From NCBI RefSeq assembly GCF_902459465.1, contig NC_047063.1, positions 7,068,001 through 7,132,000 on the forward strand: a DNA stretch of 64,000 nt. Direction: 5' to 3'. The notes beneath the pieces are model-generated. The model was not told where the DNA came from. It searched no databases and worked only from the letters and a program-made list of their open reading frames with translations. This document shows, one piece after another, positions 12,182-25,076 of the stretch; position 1 is the first letter of the stretch, and each line of letters opens with the position of its first letter. Origin of the DNA: Asterias rubens. Taxonomy: Eukaryota. The translations under genes and the position numbers were made by a program.

Positions 12182-14330
12182 GATGCAAAACAGAGATTTA
12201 TGGACTGGGGAAATTCACCTTACAAACTGCCCTCTGAAATTGGACCCAGACCTCGGAAAGATCCTGAACCGTCATTTTTTGATGTACAGGAAAATGAAAA
12301 ATTGACACAGGAAGTTAAAGAACTCAAACATGAAGTGGAACATCTACAAAATGAACATGAAACCCTTTCGCAACGGCCTTCTCACCATGAACAAAAACTG
12401 GCAACACGTAGAGAAACTTACAATAAATGCACAATTTCTAGCCTGCACAAGGAAAGAAATGATTTGGACGATAAGTTGGATTCTGCCGCAGCAAAGAAAC
12501 AAAAACTGACTTCGAAGATCAAGAAATTAGATAAAGATTTATTTAAGTCAGAAAATTAATCTGCGACTACAGCAAAGGAATGCCAGGAGAGTGAGGCAAG
12601 GCTCTTTGATCGAATTTCAATGTTAGAAGAACAACTTAACAGGTAAAGGAGTTCAACGCTGAGATCTTGTCCCAGTTGGAGGAAGAAAAGATCGGTAAAG
12701 CTAAACTTATGGAAACCAATGCAGTTGCTAAATTAACTTACATAGGGGAAACCAGAAAAATGCGTGTACGAATTGCTGGGGTTAAACACCAGTTTTGAAA
12801 ATGTCGGGCCGGTGATCGAGGCTGTCTTGTCTATGGTGGGCAAGACAACAGGAGAATCTGACACTGGCTACTGATGAGACCCCCAAGTGTGGCGACTATT
12901 ATATGACGTAAACCATCAGTGGTGATGATGATTCGTATGTTTTAGGGATGAGGGACATAGAGTCAAAGTCTGCAGAGGATACCTTAACAACACTAAAAGT
13001 AATTCTAGATGACATTAATGATATTCACAATGGACTTAAACAGGAGAATGATGAAAAAAATGAGGTAGGATTGGAAATCCTTTGTAAAATAAAAAATTTC
13101 ATGAGTGACAGGGCAGCAACAGAAGCAAAGTTCAATGATATGCTGCAAACATACAGAAAGGAGTGCCTAAAATTATACAAGAAGGGGTGGGAGACATTCA
13201 CCCAGGAGAAAAAAGACAAACTCATACAAATGAACAAATTTTTTTTGTGGGTTACATTTGCTTGTGTCGATGGCAGAAACTATATCTGCATCTTTCAAAA
13301 AATTTGAAGATATACACACCGAGGGGAAAATTGTAGGTGCACCAACATTGCCTGGCCTAAGAATTCAGACAGGGGGAGAAAGTGGCACTGTCCGTCTAGT
13401 GCGCACAATGTGTAAAGCTTTTGCCAAAGGTGCAGATGAGAAGAGTGGCTGCCATCGACACTGGCTGTACCTACCACCTAAAACAACTAGCAAATGATTT
13501 TTTGGGGAAAGTCCATGGTGCTTCAAATTACTACTCAAAGCAGTGCATGCGGATCTCCAAGTACCTGTATACCTTGCTGGATGCCGCGTGCTTGGCTTAC
13601 TTAATCAATTGCTGACAGCACCGCTATGGCGTGTCACTGAAGCTGAAGGACATATCCTTGATATGTGTACGACATACACGACACTTAACCTATTCTTAAA
13701 AGAATGCATTGATGATCGTGCCAAACTTGTTCAATATGCACACGGTGAAATTAGTTGTTTCAACGAAGAGATCATCACCAAAGATGAAGTATTTTTTTCG
13801 GTTACTTGCCATGATGCCAATGACGAATTGGTTTACTCATTACTTCACCACACATTTATGGCACTTCAGCAACTTGTAAGTAGAGTCACAAAGGATTATC
13901 TACCAGGAGGGAAATACCATCAAATACAAAATGACAAAGAATTTCGCCTACAAACATCATCTACTCCGAAACACAACAAACTCCCAGAAACAATATTTGG
14001 TTATCTTGATTTTTGGTGAAAAAAAGATCAAATGTTTCTGCAATCACAAATGAGGCACAGATCATGTATATATTTAATAAAACTTCTGAATATATTCACA
14101 CTATGCCAGAACATGAATTTGATGAGAAACTGAAACAAATTATCACAACATCACGTAACGAACAAGTTCAAAAAGCTAAACAACGAGAAAATGAAAAAAA
14201 TAAAAATCTGCTGAAAAAACAAGAGGAAAAGCAACAACAAATTGAAAAGCAGCGTCTTAATGAATACAGACGAAGAGAGGAACTGGCTACCACAGTTATT
14301 GACGCAAGCCTATGGCAAAAAAGACAAACT
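12182..14330 (+). pseudogene. Transposase copy A (subfamily 2), 5'- and 3'-truncated, multiply frameshifted
   Basis: LATDETPK, MSDRAATEAKFN, NKFFxGLHLL, LYLAGCRVLG, KHNKLPETIFGYLDF; colinear with copies E and F. Confidence 0.85.
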
Positions 14331-14621
14331 GTAATAGAAAAGTCTGCCTCGATTGACGTCACAAAAGGGCTAGGCGGAGTCAGGCCCCCAAACAACTTTA
14401 TATATTTTTTAAACATATAAATCGTGACAAACAATTACTAAAAAAATTGTTTAATTGTTCGTAAGCATATACTCTTATGTTTGAAAGAAAAAAAATTCTA
14501 TTTCCAGGTGACTTTAATCGATCAAAATCGGTAAAGAAATTAACATTTTGTGGTAGTTTGAAGTAACGTAGTTTGCCGGTCCGGGACGGGGCATCGCGCA
14601 CGGGATCTGCGGGAAGACCAA

Positions 14622-15772
14622 CAGGCCTGGAATTACACGGCGGCCACGTCGGCCATGGCCGCCGATGCCCTTCCAACTGGCCGTGATGCCCTTCAAAAAT
14701 TTTCGCTTTTCACGGCAATAATTGCAGTGCCCTTTTTTCCTTTTGGCCGTCGTGCCCTTTTTTTTTTCTTCTTTAAAAAAAAGGGCCGTCGTGCCTTAAT
14801 TTTCATTAAAAACCCCCAAATATTTACGTGTTTAGTATTTGTCCAACGAAACTTTGCTTGTGAAGTGTAAAAAAATATAATCCAATGCAATCAGGTCAAG
14901 AGTCATCATCGTACAAACAATGAGTAGCGCAACTTGTTATTCCCATCGTGACATCCGTTGCAAACACGTACACATGTACATGCAATTAGCCCGAACATCT
15001 GACGTCCCATTTTCACAGGGGACCCGTCTATTACATGAATCATTGAACGACAGCGGGCGCTGTTTTTTTTCGACCACCCTCTGCTGGTGGCATTGTTACA
15101 CCGCGTGATCTGAAAAACTTGTTTAGTTACTATCGCTTGCAAAAACTTTTCAGGTCAACTATATAACTTCATAATAGAATAATGCCGCGAAAAGAGCGTT
15201 TGAAGCGTTCTGAAAGGGATGAGTACGAAAGCTCTGTTGCAAAATGCAAGAAACTTGACTTCTTTTTTGGGCAATTAAGGATTTTTTTTTTAGTAGGCCT
15301 AAAATAAAAGTTAATCAATTCAATGTAATGCCAATCAGGTCAAGTTTGCTTATGATGAATAAGGTATGATTTATCAATATCCTTCTTCATGTAAACTGGT
15401 CAATTTTTTTAAAACTGATTTTAAAGCTGCTGCTTTATTAATTTCTTTTTGTTTGGGGGGGGGGGGTAAGTATTTTTATTTTACAAATATTGTTTTAAAA
15501 CTAAATGGTACAGTTTGCTCATGAATAAGATATGATTTATCAATATCCTTATTGAGATTTGATTATCAATATCCTTATTCATGCGAACTGTTTAATTGGG
15601 TTTACCACCCGTAGGGGTCCCCCTGGTCAATTTTTTTTTTTGCCCTTAATGCCTTTTTTATTTTCACTGTTTTGGCCTTGGTGCCCTTTCTACTGGCCTT
15701 GGTGCCCTTCAAAATTTGGCCTGCTCCAAGGCCAAAGTGGCCTGCCCTAAGAAAATTGTAATTCCAGGCCTG
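14622..15772. mobile_element. Non-autonomous hAT-like element with a 6-bp TSD
   Basis: TIR CAGGCCTGGAATTAC at both ends; GACCAA directly flanks both; internal short coding start MPRKERLKRSERDEYESSVAKCKKLDFFF at about 15182. Confidence 0.75.
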
Positions 15773-16018
15773 GACCAACAAATCTCGGTTTGTCACAGCT
15801 TAATCCCCCCTATTCTTCAATATAATGGATGATTCCGGAGTGTTTCTGGTGACTTAGAGCCATGTGAAGCTATTTTTAGGATGGGGAAACCCTCAGTCTT
15901 GAGCCGTGTGTTGTGTCAAAATTCAAAATGGCGGCCAGTAGAAGCGGAAAACGGCGAGTAGGTAAGCAACCCCTTTTCTTTCTCAATATGTCAAATATGA
16001 AAATTTACATACGAGAAC

Positions 16019-16490
16019 ATGAAAATATACATTCTAAAGTTTATTATGATGTGTAGATTGTTGATATTCGTTGAGCAGGCAATCACTAAATCCTACAAAA
16101 AGGATTTTCCACTAATATTTGCGGCCCTCGACCTCAATTTTCCTAAGCACTTGATGGGACTACTCAACAAAGTAAAACGACATGTTGCGAAATCCAAAAC
16201 AACCAACATCACAGACCTCCTCCAAGAAATGCCTGGACTTGCAAAACATCACAAACACACCATAGGACCACACTGTGAGACGAGCGGAGTAACACCAGCC
16301 TCGCTACTTCATTCAACAGACATCAGTGCATCCAACCTCACCAATGCAATGGTCATTGAAATATATCGGTTCCGGGAGAAATCAAACACAATCTGGCAAA
16401 CTGTTCGGGATGTATGGTGGCCAAATCTATTTTCAGCTGAACTAAGTCCTCCATCAGTTGGCACTATCCGGGGTAGCTGGCACAACTATG
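16019..16490 (+). pseudogene. Transposase copy H: N-terminal fragment
   Basis: LTNAMVIEIYRFREKSNTIWQTVRDVWW resembles the LKNKHVIQLF...TW...W block of copies D, E and F; upstream CAAAATGGCG and a GTAAG donor at about 15960; truncated at the 16502 terminus. Confidence 0.5.
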
Positions 16491-16501
16491 GAGATGCATG
16501 T

Positions 16502-18208
16502 GGGCGATTCCGCGGTACGCTTTTGAGGGTCCTTCATCATTCTCCATTCTCTGGCTGCAAGACTCCTTTGATTTAAGTGTTCATCTTTTGTATTGTAAAA
16601 CCTGAATATCTAGGCTAGATCCCCATGTTCACACAAAAGTGAAAGATCAACTGGTTTAGCTGAGAGAGCTCTGCGAATATCGGTAACAAGCGTTACGCTG
16701 AATGGAAAGACCAAAAAAATACTGAACTTCATTTCAACTTTGTCCTAAAACTAACCAGTCTACTACAAATTTGTTTCGTTTGTCATCAAGTACTATGCTA
16801 AGGTTTATCATACCAAAATAATTACAATAATCCAAGTGTAACTTTTTTAGTAAATTGCAAAATAGTCGGTAACACGCGTTACGTTAACCCGCGTTACAGT
16901 TTTTTCAAGCTACATGTTTATATGTTATTTCAATTGTTGAGTTACAAATTCTCAAAAAATATCAACGGATATCAGTTGCACATCATATTTAAAGAGCAAA
17001 AAAATAATTAGACCTTTTTCTTAACGTTTTGCTCTACATATCACAAAATTAAAGGTAACACGCGTTACGGTAACACGCGTTACAATATGTCTTGCTTCAA
17101 TTGTTGAGTTACAATTTCTCAAATTTATCAACCAATATCAGTTGCACATGATATTTGAAGAGCAAAACAGTAGCTATAGACCTTTTTATTCATTTATTTT
17201 TTTAGTTGCTCTACATATCCCAAAATTTGTAGTGCATGCGAATGTTTACTATCACGGGTTCTCAAGTTTCCTAATAATACGATTCCTAAAATAAAATGTT
17301 TTGTCATCTTTAGGACTTGCCAACTTCCAATTCCTTCAAGCAGGGGGCATCCCTCAAACACTGAAGTCATTTTCGTCACTTACTTGCATTACATCACCAC
17401 GGAAATAATCCCAATCATTAACCACAAAAAACAACTCCCCACGCTTATAATCGTTAATTTGACCCCCCCATTCAATCGACATGTCCTTTGCCGTGGGATG
17501 TTGAAAAGTAATTCCACCTCATTCACATTATGCTTGCCTACCAGGCCATGGAACGTGGCTGGCATATTTTAGTTTTTAAACTGTGTGCTGTGCCCATCTG
17601 ACCATTGTTTACAGTGTATTGGGCTTGGAAACACACGTTACATTGGTAACACGCATTACATGGTAACACGCGTTTCAGTTTTCGGAGCCTCATTGTGAAG
17701 CGGTGGTTAAGAATTCATCTAAGTTTTTACTGTTTTTACATGAGCCCTTATTAGTAGGAGGAAAATTAAAAGTTGCAGCATTTGAAACCAGGTTGTTTAG
17801 TAATTATATTTAAAAGGGTGTGTTTTGGTAACGCGCATTACGCTCTCTGAGAGTACCTCAAACCACGTGTTGACATAAGTGTACACTGTATATTGATTTG
17901 TATTGAAATTTTACATATTTTTTCTAAAAGAATACTGCCCATACTTGCTCTCATTTATACTTTTTTAAAGAAAATTGATACTGACTTATAAATATAGGTC
18001 AAATTGATAAAACCATTAAAAACATTACTTTTTTCCCACCAAAGTGCACTCTTGGAAAAGTAATTTTTCCACAGTTAACAATATCCGAACAGAATAAAAA
18101 AAATTCCCCCGACACTTGGACATGTTTGGAATGATATCAAGATAAAAATTCAATTCTGAGAGCAATTTCATTTTTCTAAGAAAATTCCACCTTTTCGTGG
18201 AATTGCCC
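16502..18208. mobile_element. Sola2-like non-autonomous element, about 1.7 kb
   Basis: Starts GGGCGATTCC and ends GGAATTGCCC; many GGTAACACGCGTTAC motifs (about 16682-17675); no clean TSD (ATGT/ATAA). Confidence 0.6.
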
Positions 18209-20169
18209 ATAAGTGAGGGGATTTGTATAAAACCCAGTAGGCCTACATTTCTACTTTAAAACAAAGATATCTGCACAAACATTCATTGTGGCAAATTTCA
18301 TGGTTGTAGGTGCTTGCGTTAACCCAGGAGAGCCTCACACATATTTAATTAGGTCGTTTTGCATGTAAATTGAATAATTAATTAGGCTAATTTGCATAAC
18401 ACTGTGAAAAACTGGCGAGTAGGTTTGAGTTGTGTACTACAAGAAAAGAAACACTTACTGGGTTTTAAATTGTGAAAAGACGATAAAAACATTAAGACAA
18501 AAATTGAAAAAGTCAAATTGTTTAAAAAGGCGCTTTACACGTCATACATTTTTTCGCATAAAAATATAACCGAACATCAGATTTAAATATTTTTTACAGT
18601 TCTGTGTTCCTTTCATGAAGCTCTAAAATATGAGCCTAATTTTGAAGGCATTAAGATAACTTTTAAAAATAATATAACATCCAAGTAGATCTTTGTAATT
18701 TTGATTGAAAGATACAACTTTCAAAACAAACAAAGCGTAGGCCTATAATTTTTAATTGTAGAACCTGAATGCTAGTAATTTTACTACCTTGCAGTAACAC
18801 TGCTAGTTGCGATAACGTAACCCTCCTGCCGACCGCGTAGCCGGAGGGTTACGAGTCACTCCCATTCGATGCAGGGCGAAATATTTTAGTCAACTGATTT
18901 GCTAATTTTTTACCACTTTAAAAAATAATGACACAAATTCTATGAACACGAACTTAATCCTCAATGTCTAATAAATAACATTCAAAAACACAATTGAGAA
19001 AATATTTTGAAAAAAAAAGGACAAAAACTTACCAGATTCCGGGAGCGAAACAGTCACAAATTTCCCAGGTCTTATTTTTGAACCTGTCGCTGGTTACCAT
19101 GTGCTGACCCCAAGCGCTGAACCCAACCGCTGACTACCTGACGACCGAGCCGCAGCCGAGTTTGACTAAACCATTCTGTAAAAGGGGTGTTACAAGGGGT
19201 GCTGCAGTGCGGCAGTGCTTTAAGTGAGTGAACAGCGGGCATAGTAAACGGACAGCGCACACGCACTGTCGCGCTGCCTTATAACACCCCTTTCATAGGT
19301 ACGTGACAATCCGGGGATCCCGTGCGTAGCTCCGTGCACCCCCGAACTGATCGTTCATTGACCGGCCGCGTAGTAAGTTGCGTCATCAGTTTGAGGGTAG
19401 TAGTCGTATTTTAAGAGCATACTTACTGCACAGGTGTTGATGACGTAGTACACATGTTCCCGTCTATCAGGGTCTTGGATTTTTTCGATCCGAGCTGTAA
19501 AAGTGAAAACAAAAAATCCGTGAAAGTTTTGGGTCGTCAAAGTCATCGATTCGTTATCCGAAGGTAAGCTTTGTTTGTTTTAAAACCTATACTCCTTGTT
19601 TGATCATATGTTCGTCTATACTTATTGTGAATTTGAAGTGATTCTGATAACCCCCACTTTAAAATGGCCGGATTTCATACTGCCGGATGCTTTATGTAAA
19701 ATACTGTCACTTCCTTTTAAACTACTTTTAGGCTCTAAAATCATTCTTAAAAATGAGACTTAGGGATGTTTCCCATTGACTTTACGGAAAAAAAAGTGTA
19801 AATTATGCCTCACAGACACCGATGATTATGGATTTGTAAGGGTGGTTTTTCAGTAGAAAAAAATGACATAAGCGATCCTGACGTCACGTGACCCAATCTC
19901 GGCAATGTGATTGGTCAGTGCCAATGTTTACAAACACAGGCTGCCTTGTTTTTCGACGGTGTATTGCTTAACCTTCATGTTGTGTGGTTTAAGGTCATTC
20001 CGCGTTTTTTTATAGATTGTTTTTAATTTAATTAGTGTTTTAATAAACAGGTTATTAAAGTTTTTTTTAAATTTTTTATATAAAGTACTGACTCTTGTGT
20101 TAATGCCAGTCCTTATAAATTTATATAATTTGTCATTTTCACATTCTGCTTTTTATTTTGTTTATAGGG

Positions 20170-23100
20170 TTTGTGATAGGTGACAATAAAGCCACCAAAG
20201 AAAAGGAAACTGGCATTGCCAGCAAAGATTGGCAAGATACGCCAATACTTGACAGATAATTTTAGCATCTTCCCCGAAGAACTGAAGAATTTCAAGAATG
20301 GCCATGTACTTCTTCAGTACATCATAAATGACAGCTCTAGGACAATGACTAGAATGGCAGTGATGAAAAAACTTCCATCATGTATCATTAATCTCAGCCA
20401 GCTTCAATCTCTTCTGACCCAAGCAAAGAAGTTCAAGAATTTAAGGCGTGATTCTGAAATGGAGAAATACACATCCCTTTGCAACCAATTGTTCAATCCT
20501 GTCAATGAAGATCCTGAGCCAGAGACCTCCAAGCTAGAACATTTTGACAGTAAGTGTCTTTCTTACTTGTTTTGCGAAATACGTGAAATAATAAAATCAT
20601 TCAGAATCTTAAATGTTTTATACATAGGCCTATCATGGAACTTAACAAAACAAAATTAAATTGTGACAATGCACACACAAGTGATTTTTTATTATTTGTT
20701 CTCTTTGCCCTACTGAGTTTTCCTTTGTGGTGATTATCTGTATATTATAATAATATTTACATCACATGTTTTCTGACTTGCACTGTTGCGAGTTTATTAT
20801 TGAATCTTTTCAATTGTAAAGCCCAAACTTAAATCTTTAAACTTTCAACCCAAATATCATTTTATTATACATTGTAGTAACAAAGGTTTGTAAATTATTC
20901 AAAGTTCAGGTCCAAAGGAGGTTCAGCCTCAGCCTGGAACTTCAGAACAGCTTGACCCCCAGCCTGGAACTTCAGAACAGCTTGACCCCCAGCCTGGAAC
21001 TTCACAACAGCTTGACCCCCAGCCTGGAACTTCACAACAGCTTGACCCCCAGCCTGGAACTTCACAACAGCTTGACCCCCAGCCTGGAACTTCACAACAA
21101 CTTGACCCCCAGCCTGGAACTTCACAACAGCTTGACCCCCAGCCTGGAACTTCACAACAGCTTGACCCCCAGCCTGGAACTTCACAACAGCTTGACCCCC
21201 AGCCTGGAACTTCACAACAGCTTGACCCCCAGCCTGGAACTTCACAACAGCTTGACCCCCAGCCTGGAACTTCACAACAGCTTGACCCCCAGCCTGGAAC
21301 TTCACAACAGCTTGACCCCCAGCCTGGAACTTCACAACAGCTTGACCCCCAGCCTGGAACTTCACAACAGCTTGACCCCCAGCCTGGAACTTCACAACAG
21401 CTTGACCCCCAGCCTGGAACTTCACAACAGCTTGACCCCCAGCCTGGAACTTCACAACAGCTTGACCCCCAGCCTGGAACTTCACAACAGCTTGACCCCC
21501 AGCCTGGAACTTCACAACAGCTTGACCCCCAGCCTGGAACTTCACAACAGCTTGACCCCCAGCCTGGAACTTCACAACAGCTTGGCCCCCAGCCTGGAAC
21601 TTCACAACAGCTTGACCCCCAGCCTGGAACTTCACAACAGCTTGACCCCCAGCCTGGAACTTCACAACAGCTTGAGCCCTGCCCCCCAGCCTGGAACTTC
21701 ACAACAGTCTATTGATCCCCAGCTGCCAAAGACACCAGGATCATCTTCGTCTAATCGCTCCTCTCCACGTCAAGGGCTTCTTACTCCCAGGAAATTTAAG
21801 CTGAAAAAAAGATTGGAGTATCTTTCCCAGACAAGGAGTACCATGAAGCTTAAGTACAAAAATAAGATGGCAAAATTACGACATGAAATCAACTACCAAA
21901 GTCTGCATAAAGTAAAATATCTAAACCAGGTAATAACCCGCAAAGACCTTTCACTAAAAAAGAAGGACAACAAAATAAAACGCCTCAGAGTACAGTTTTC
22001 AAAGACGGTGTTGGCAAAGGAGCTGGCTGAAACAAAGAAAAAACTAAAAAATTCAAGGCGAAACAACAAACGACTACAAAATGTGAACAAGAAGAGATGC
22101 TCCTCTGAAGCTACTGATGATGTAGAATTCCAGAAACTGCAGGATGAAGTCAATGTGAAAACTTCAACTATAATAGCCTTGGAGAATGAAAACCTTTGTT
22201 TACAAGAGACAGTCGAGTCATTGCAGCTTGGGGAAAGTAAATTACAGAAGGAAGGCAAAGTGTATTCCCCAGAAATGAGGATGTTGGTGTATGATGCAGT
22301 AGTTAATCATGTTCCAACAAAAAACGTACCAACTCTGATTCAACAGTTTGCGAGATGGTCTGGAGTTATTCTTGACAAAGTTCTACACCGAAACACTGTA
22401 GAGATGATGACCAGGGAGTTAGGAGTCATTTCTGATTTTCAAGCTGCTGAAATTCTTCTTCAAAATCAAAATATCACTCTTGGTTTTGATGCGACGACTC
22501 AAGAAGGTGTCCACGTCAATAGTGTTCATATCACTACCCAGACAATCTGCCACATACCTGATATTGACCCATTGGCTGGTGGTACATCAGAGGATTACGC
22601 ACTACACATCGAAGCAAGTATTCAACGCATCAACGATGTTTACTGCCAGTTCTACTCAACTAACTTTTTAAAAAAATGGGAAAAAAATACTAAATAACAT
22701 ATCAAATACAATGTCTGACAGAGCTGCAGTTAACCATGCTACCATACAACGACTTGAACTGTCCTGGAGAAAATCCCTCAACGAGCTCAACTGTCACCTC
22801 CATCCCTTAGATACCTTTGCCAGTAAGACAAGATCAACGCTAAAAATTATGGAACCTGCTGATGTTGGTAAAAAGTTATGGGGGACTGAGTCCTTGAGTC
22901 ACCAACTTGTTCTCGCAGTCAACAAACTACGTTATAAAGACGGTCGCGGGGACCCAAAAGGTTTTAAAACCTACTTGGATAATGCCGGACTTCCAAGAGG
23001 ACTCATTCCAAGATATAGGGGTAACCGCCTCCACATAATGTTTCACATCTGTGGCAAACTTCATTCACATCGTGATTTTTTCCTGAAGTTGTTCCCAAGT

Positions 23101-24098
23101 TGAAATTCAAATTCTGGGGCTGATCGGAAAATTACTCTCAGGACCATGGATGGCCACGTTTTACACATCCAGTGAGTCTCCAATCAGTCACATCGATGGC
23201 ATCACCATTGTCAAGGAAGTTGTTGCTCTTATGAAGAAGTTTTCCACTTGACACGCTGTCCACTACAACAGATTTCTTCGGCAATGAACTCAAGTCTACT
23301 GATGAAACTCTCAGCAAACTCCAACAGAAGCCAGCAGATGATCCATTATTTGAGACAATGATGGGGGCCTGTCTCTCTGCAAGTGTTAGTGTACTAGAAA
23401 AACAGTATGAGCGGTATTTCGGCACCGACTTGACCGACAAATTAAGAACAGAAACTGAGTCTGCAAGATGCCACAACATAGATGCCGAGAAAATAATGGG
23501 GATGTTTAGTGCCTCTAAAGAACGTGCCCCAAATGCAACGATGTGTTACTTGTCGTCAAGGATCCGGGTGCAGAAGAAAAAGGTGGTTGATTCTCTCGAC
23601 ATACTGGAAGAAGAAAAGAGAGCAAAGCTGATTGAGGTGGCAATAACATTAGGGAGAAAGCACAGACGAGAGACGGAAGAAAAGTAGAGAAATCCAAGCA
23701 GAGATTTGCAAATGGCTGGCTAACAAACTCCAGAAACAGAAAACAAAAGACAGGCAGAAGCTGGATCGGTTACTCAGATCCTGTGACACAGGGTCACTGG
23801 ATTTAAGCAAACAAAATGAATTTGGGGATTTGGGAGAAGACAGACTTCAAACCGTTAAGGACATCATTGCTGGGAAGATTGTGGGTCACAAACTTTCACA
23901 CATTTGGTATGATGAAGACACTCAGGAGAAAACCATGTTCTTCGGGAAGGTAGAAAAATTGTTGAAGAGAAATGGGGGAACTTACCGGATCGGGTACTGG
24001 AAAGAGGGGTAGCTGTATGATGATGATGCAGAAGACTTTGACCTTTCGAAATACACACTGGCAGTTGACTTCATCTGTGAAGACTTCATACTTTCATA
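20170..24098 (+). pseudogene. Transposase copy B (subfamily 1): NLS-like PPKKRK, coiled coil, DDE core, Tudor-like tail; disrupted
   Basis: LGFDATTQ (D1), MSDRAAVN (D2), LNCHLH (CxxH), RYRGNRLH, CHNIDAEKIMG (E); intron from about 20550; several stops and frameshifts. Confidence 0.88.
20925..21705 (+). repeat. 30-bp coding minisatellite, about 26 copies (PQPGTSQQLD, or TPSLELHNSL in the alternative frame)
   Basis: Unit CTTCACAACAGCTTGACCCCCAGCCTGGAA inside exon sequence of copy B. Confidence 0.96.
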
Positions 24099-24999
24099 AA
24101 GATACATGTACATGTTACTCAATTGTAAGTGGGTAAAATGTTGTTCAAAACAAAATCCTCAAGTCGCATGACTTTGTGTTTTTTGTTTTTGTTCGTTAAG
24201 AAAATTGTCCCTTTTTTTAATGTCAGTAACTAAAATTAAGGAACCCATCTTTTATAGTAAGTAAAAAAGAGTTGCAAAGTGTTCTGTGTTAGTAAGGCTT
24301 TCTTTACTGAAAGTTTTATTAAAATCTGTGGGATATTACAAAAGTTATGACAATTTTTGGTTCAGAACTCTCCGAAAAGTCCCAAAAAGGTCACAAGTTT
24401 TCTTTGTTTTCTATTATAAAACAATACAAAATTAAGCCTGTCAAATTAAATCTTAAAATATTCATAATTTTTTTAATAATTGACCCATGACCAAACAATT
24501 TATATCATTGTAATGCTTACTGTGAGCTCTTTCCAATGGTATTAAAACTAAGCCAAAATGTTGAATTTGAATTTTGTTGTCACATACCTACCAGAATGGT
24601 TTAGTCCAACAGCAATGAACATCGGGAAGTCCCAAAATGGCGAAGCGACAGGTTCAAAATAGAACCTGGGAAATTTGTGACTGTTTCGCTCTGGGATCTG
24701 GTAAGTTTTTGTACTTAATTTCAAAATACTTTCTCAATGGTGTTTTGAATGTTATTCATTAGATATTGAGGATTAAGGTCGTGTTCATAGAATTTATGTC
24801 ATGATTTTCGATAGGGGTAAAAATTGAGCAAATCTGTTGACTAGCTGTCGAATATGTACGTGTTTGACCATTTCGCCCTGCATCGAATGGGAGTGACTCG
24901 TAACCCTCCGGCTCCGCCGTCGGCAGGAGGGTTACGCTATCGCAACTTTAACAATGCTGCCTTACCAAAGACACGCGCACGCAGTGATGTTTTTACTCA

Positions 25000-25076
25000 G
25001 CTTTTTCGTTCCATCCAAAAAGTACTATTGCACGCTGGCAGCGTGCAATAGTACTTTTCGAATGGAACGAAAAAGC
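25000..25076. repeat. Near-perfect hairpin, 38-bp arms with a 1-nt loop
   Basis: GCTTTTTCGTTCCATCCAAAAAGTACTATTGCACGCTG-G-CAGCGTGCAATAGTACTTTTCGAATGGAACGAAAAAGC; 2 mismatches. Confidence 0.9.

Larger units (their letters stand above)
18804..24948 (+). mobile_element. 6.1-kb DNA transposon with about 290-bp imperfect TIRs and a 9-bp TSD, carrying copy B
   Basis: TIRs 18804-19090 and 24645-24948 (terminal AGTTGCGATAxCGTAACCCTCCTGCCGAC); flanks TAACACTGC / TAACAATGC (8/9 match). Confidence 0.85.

Noticed and set aside
11039-12188. Several overlapping minus-strand ORFs of 200-340 aa
   Set aside because: Artefacts of the 46-bp minisatellite cycling through frames
20895-21702. Minus-strand ORFs (KFQAGGQAVV)n and Cys-rich (EVPGWGSSCC)n
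   Set aside because: Antisense frames of the 30-bp array; the resemblance to keratin-associated or metallothionein proteins is coincidental
1839-21705. CRISPR-like appearance of the 30-46 bp arrays
   Set aside because: Units abut directly with no unique spacers, there are no cas genes, and the context is eukaryotic
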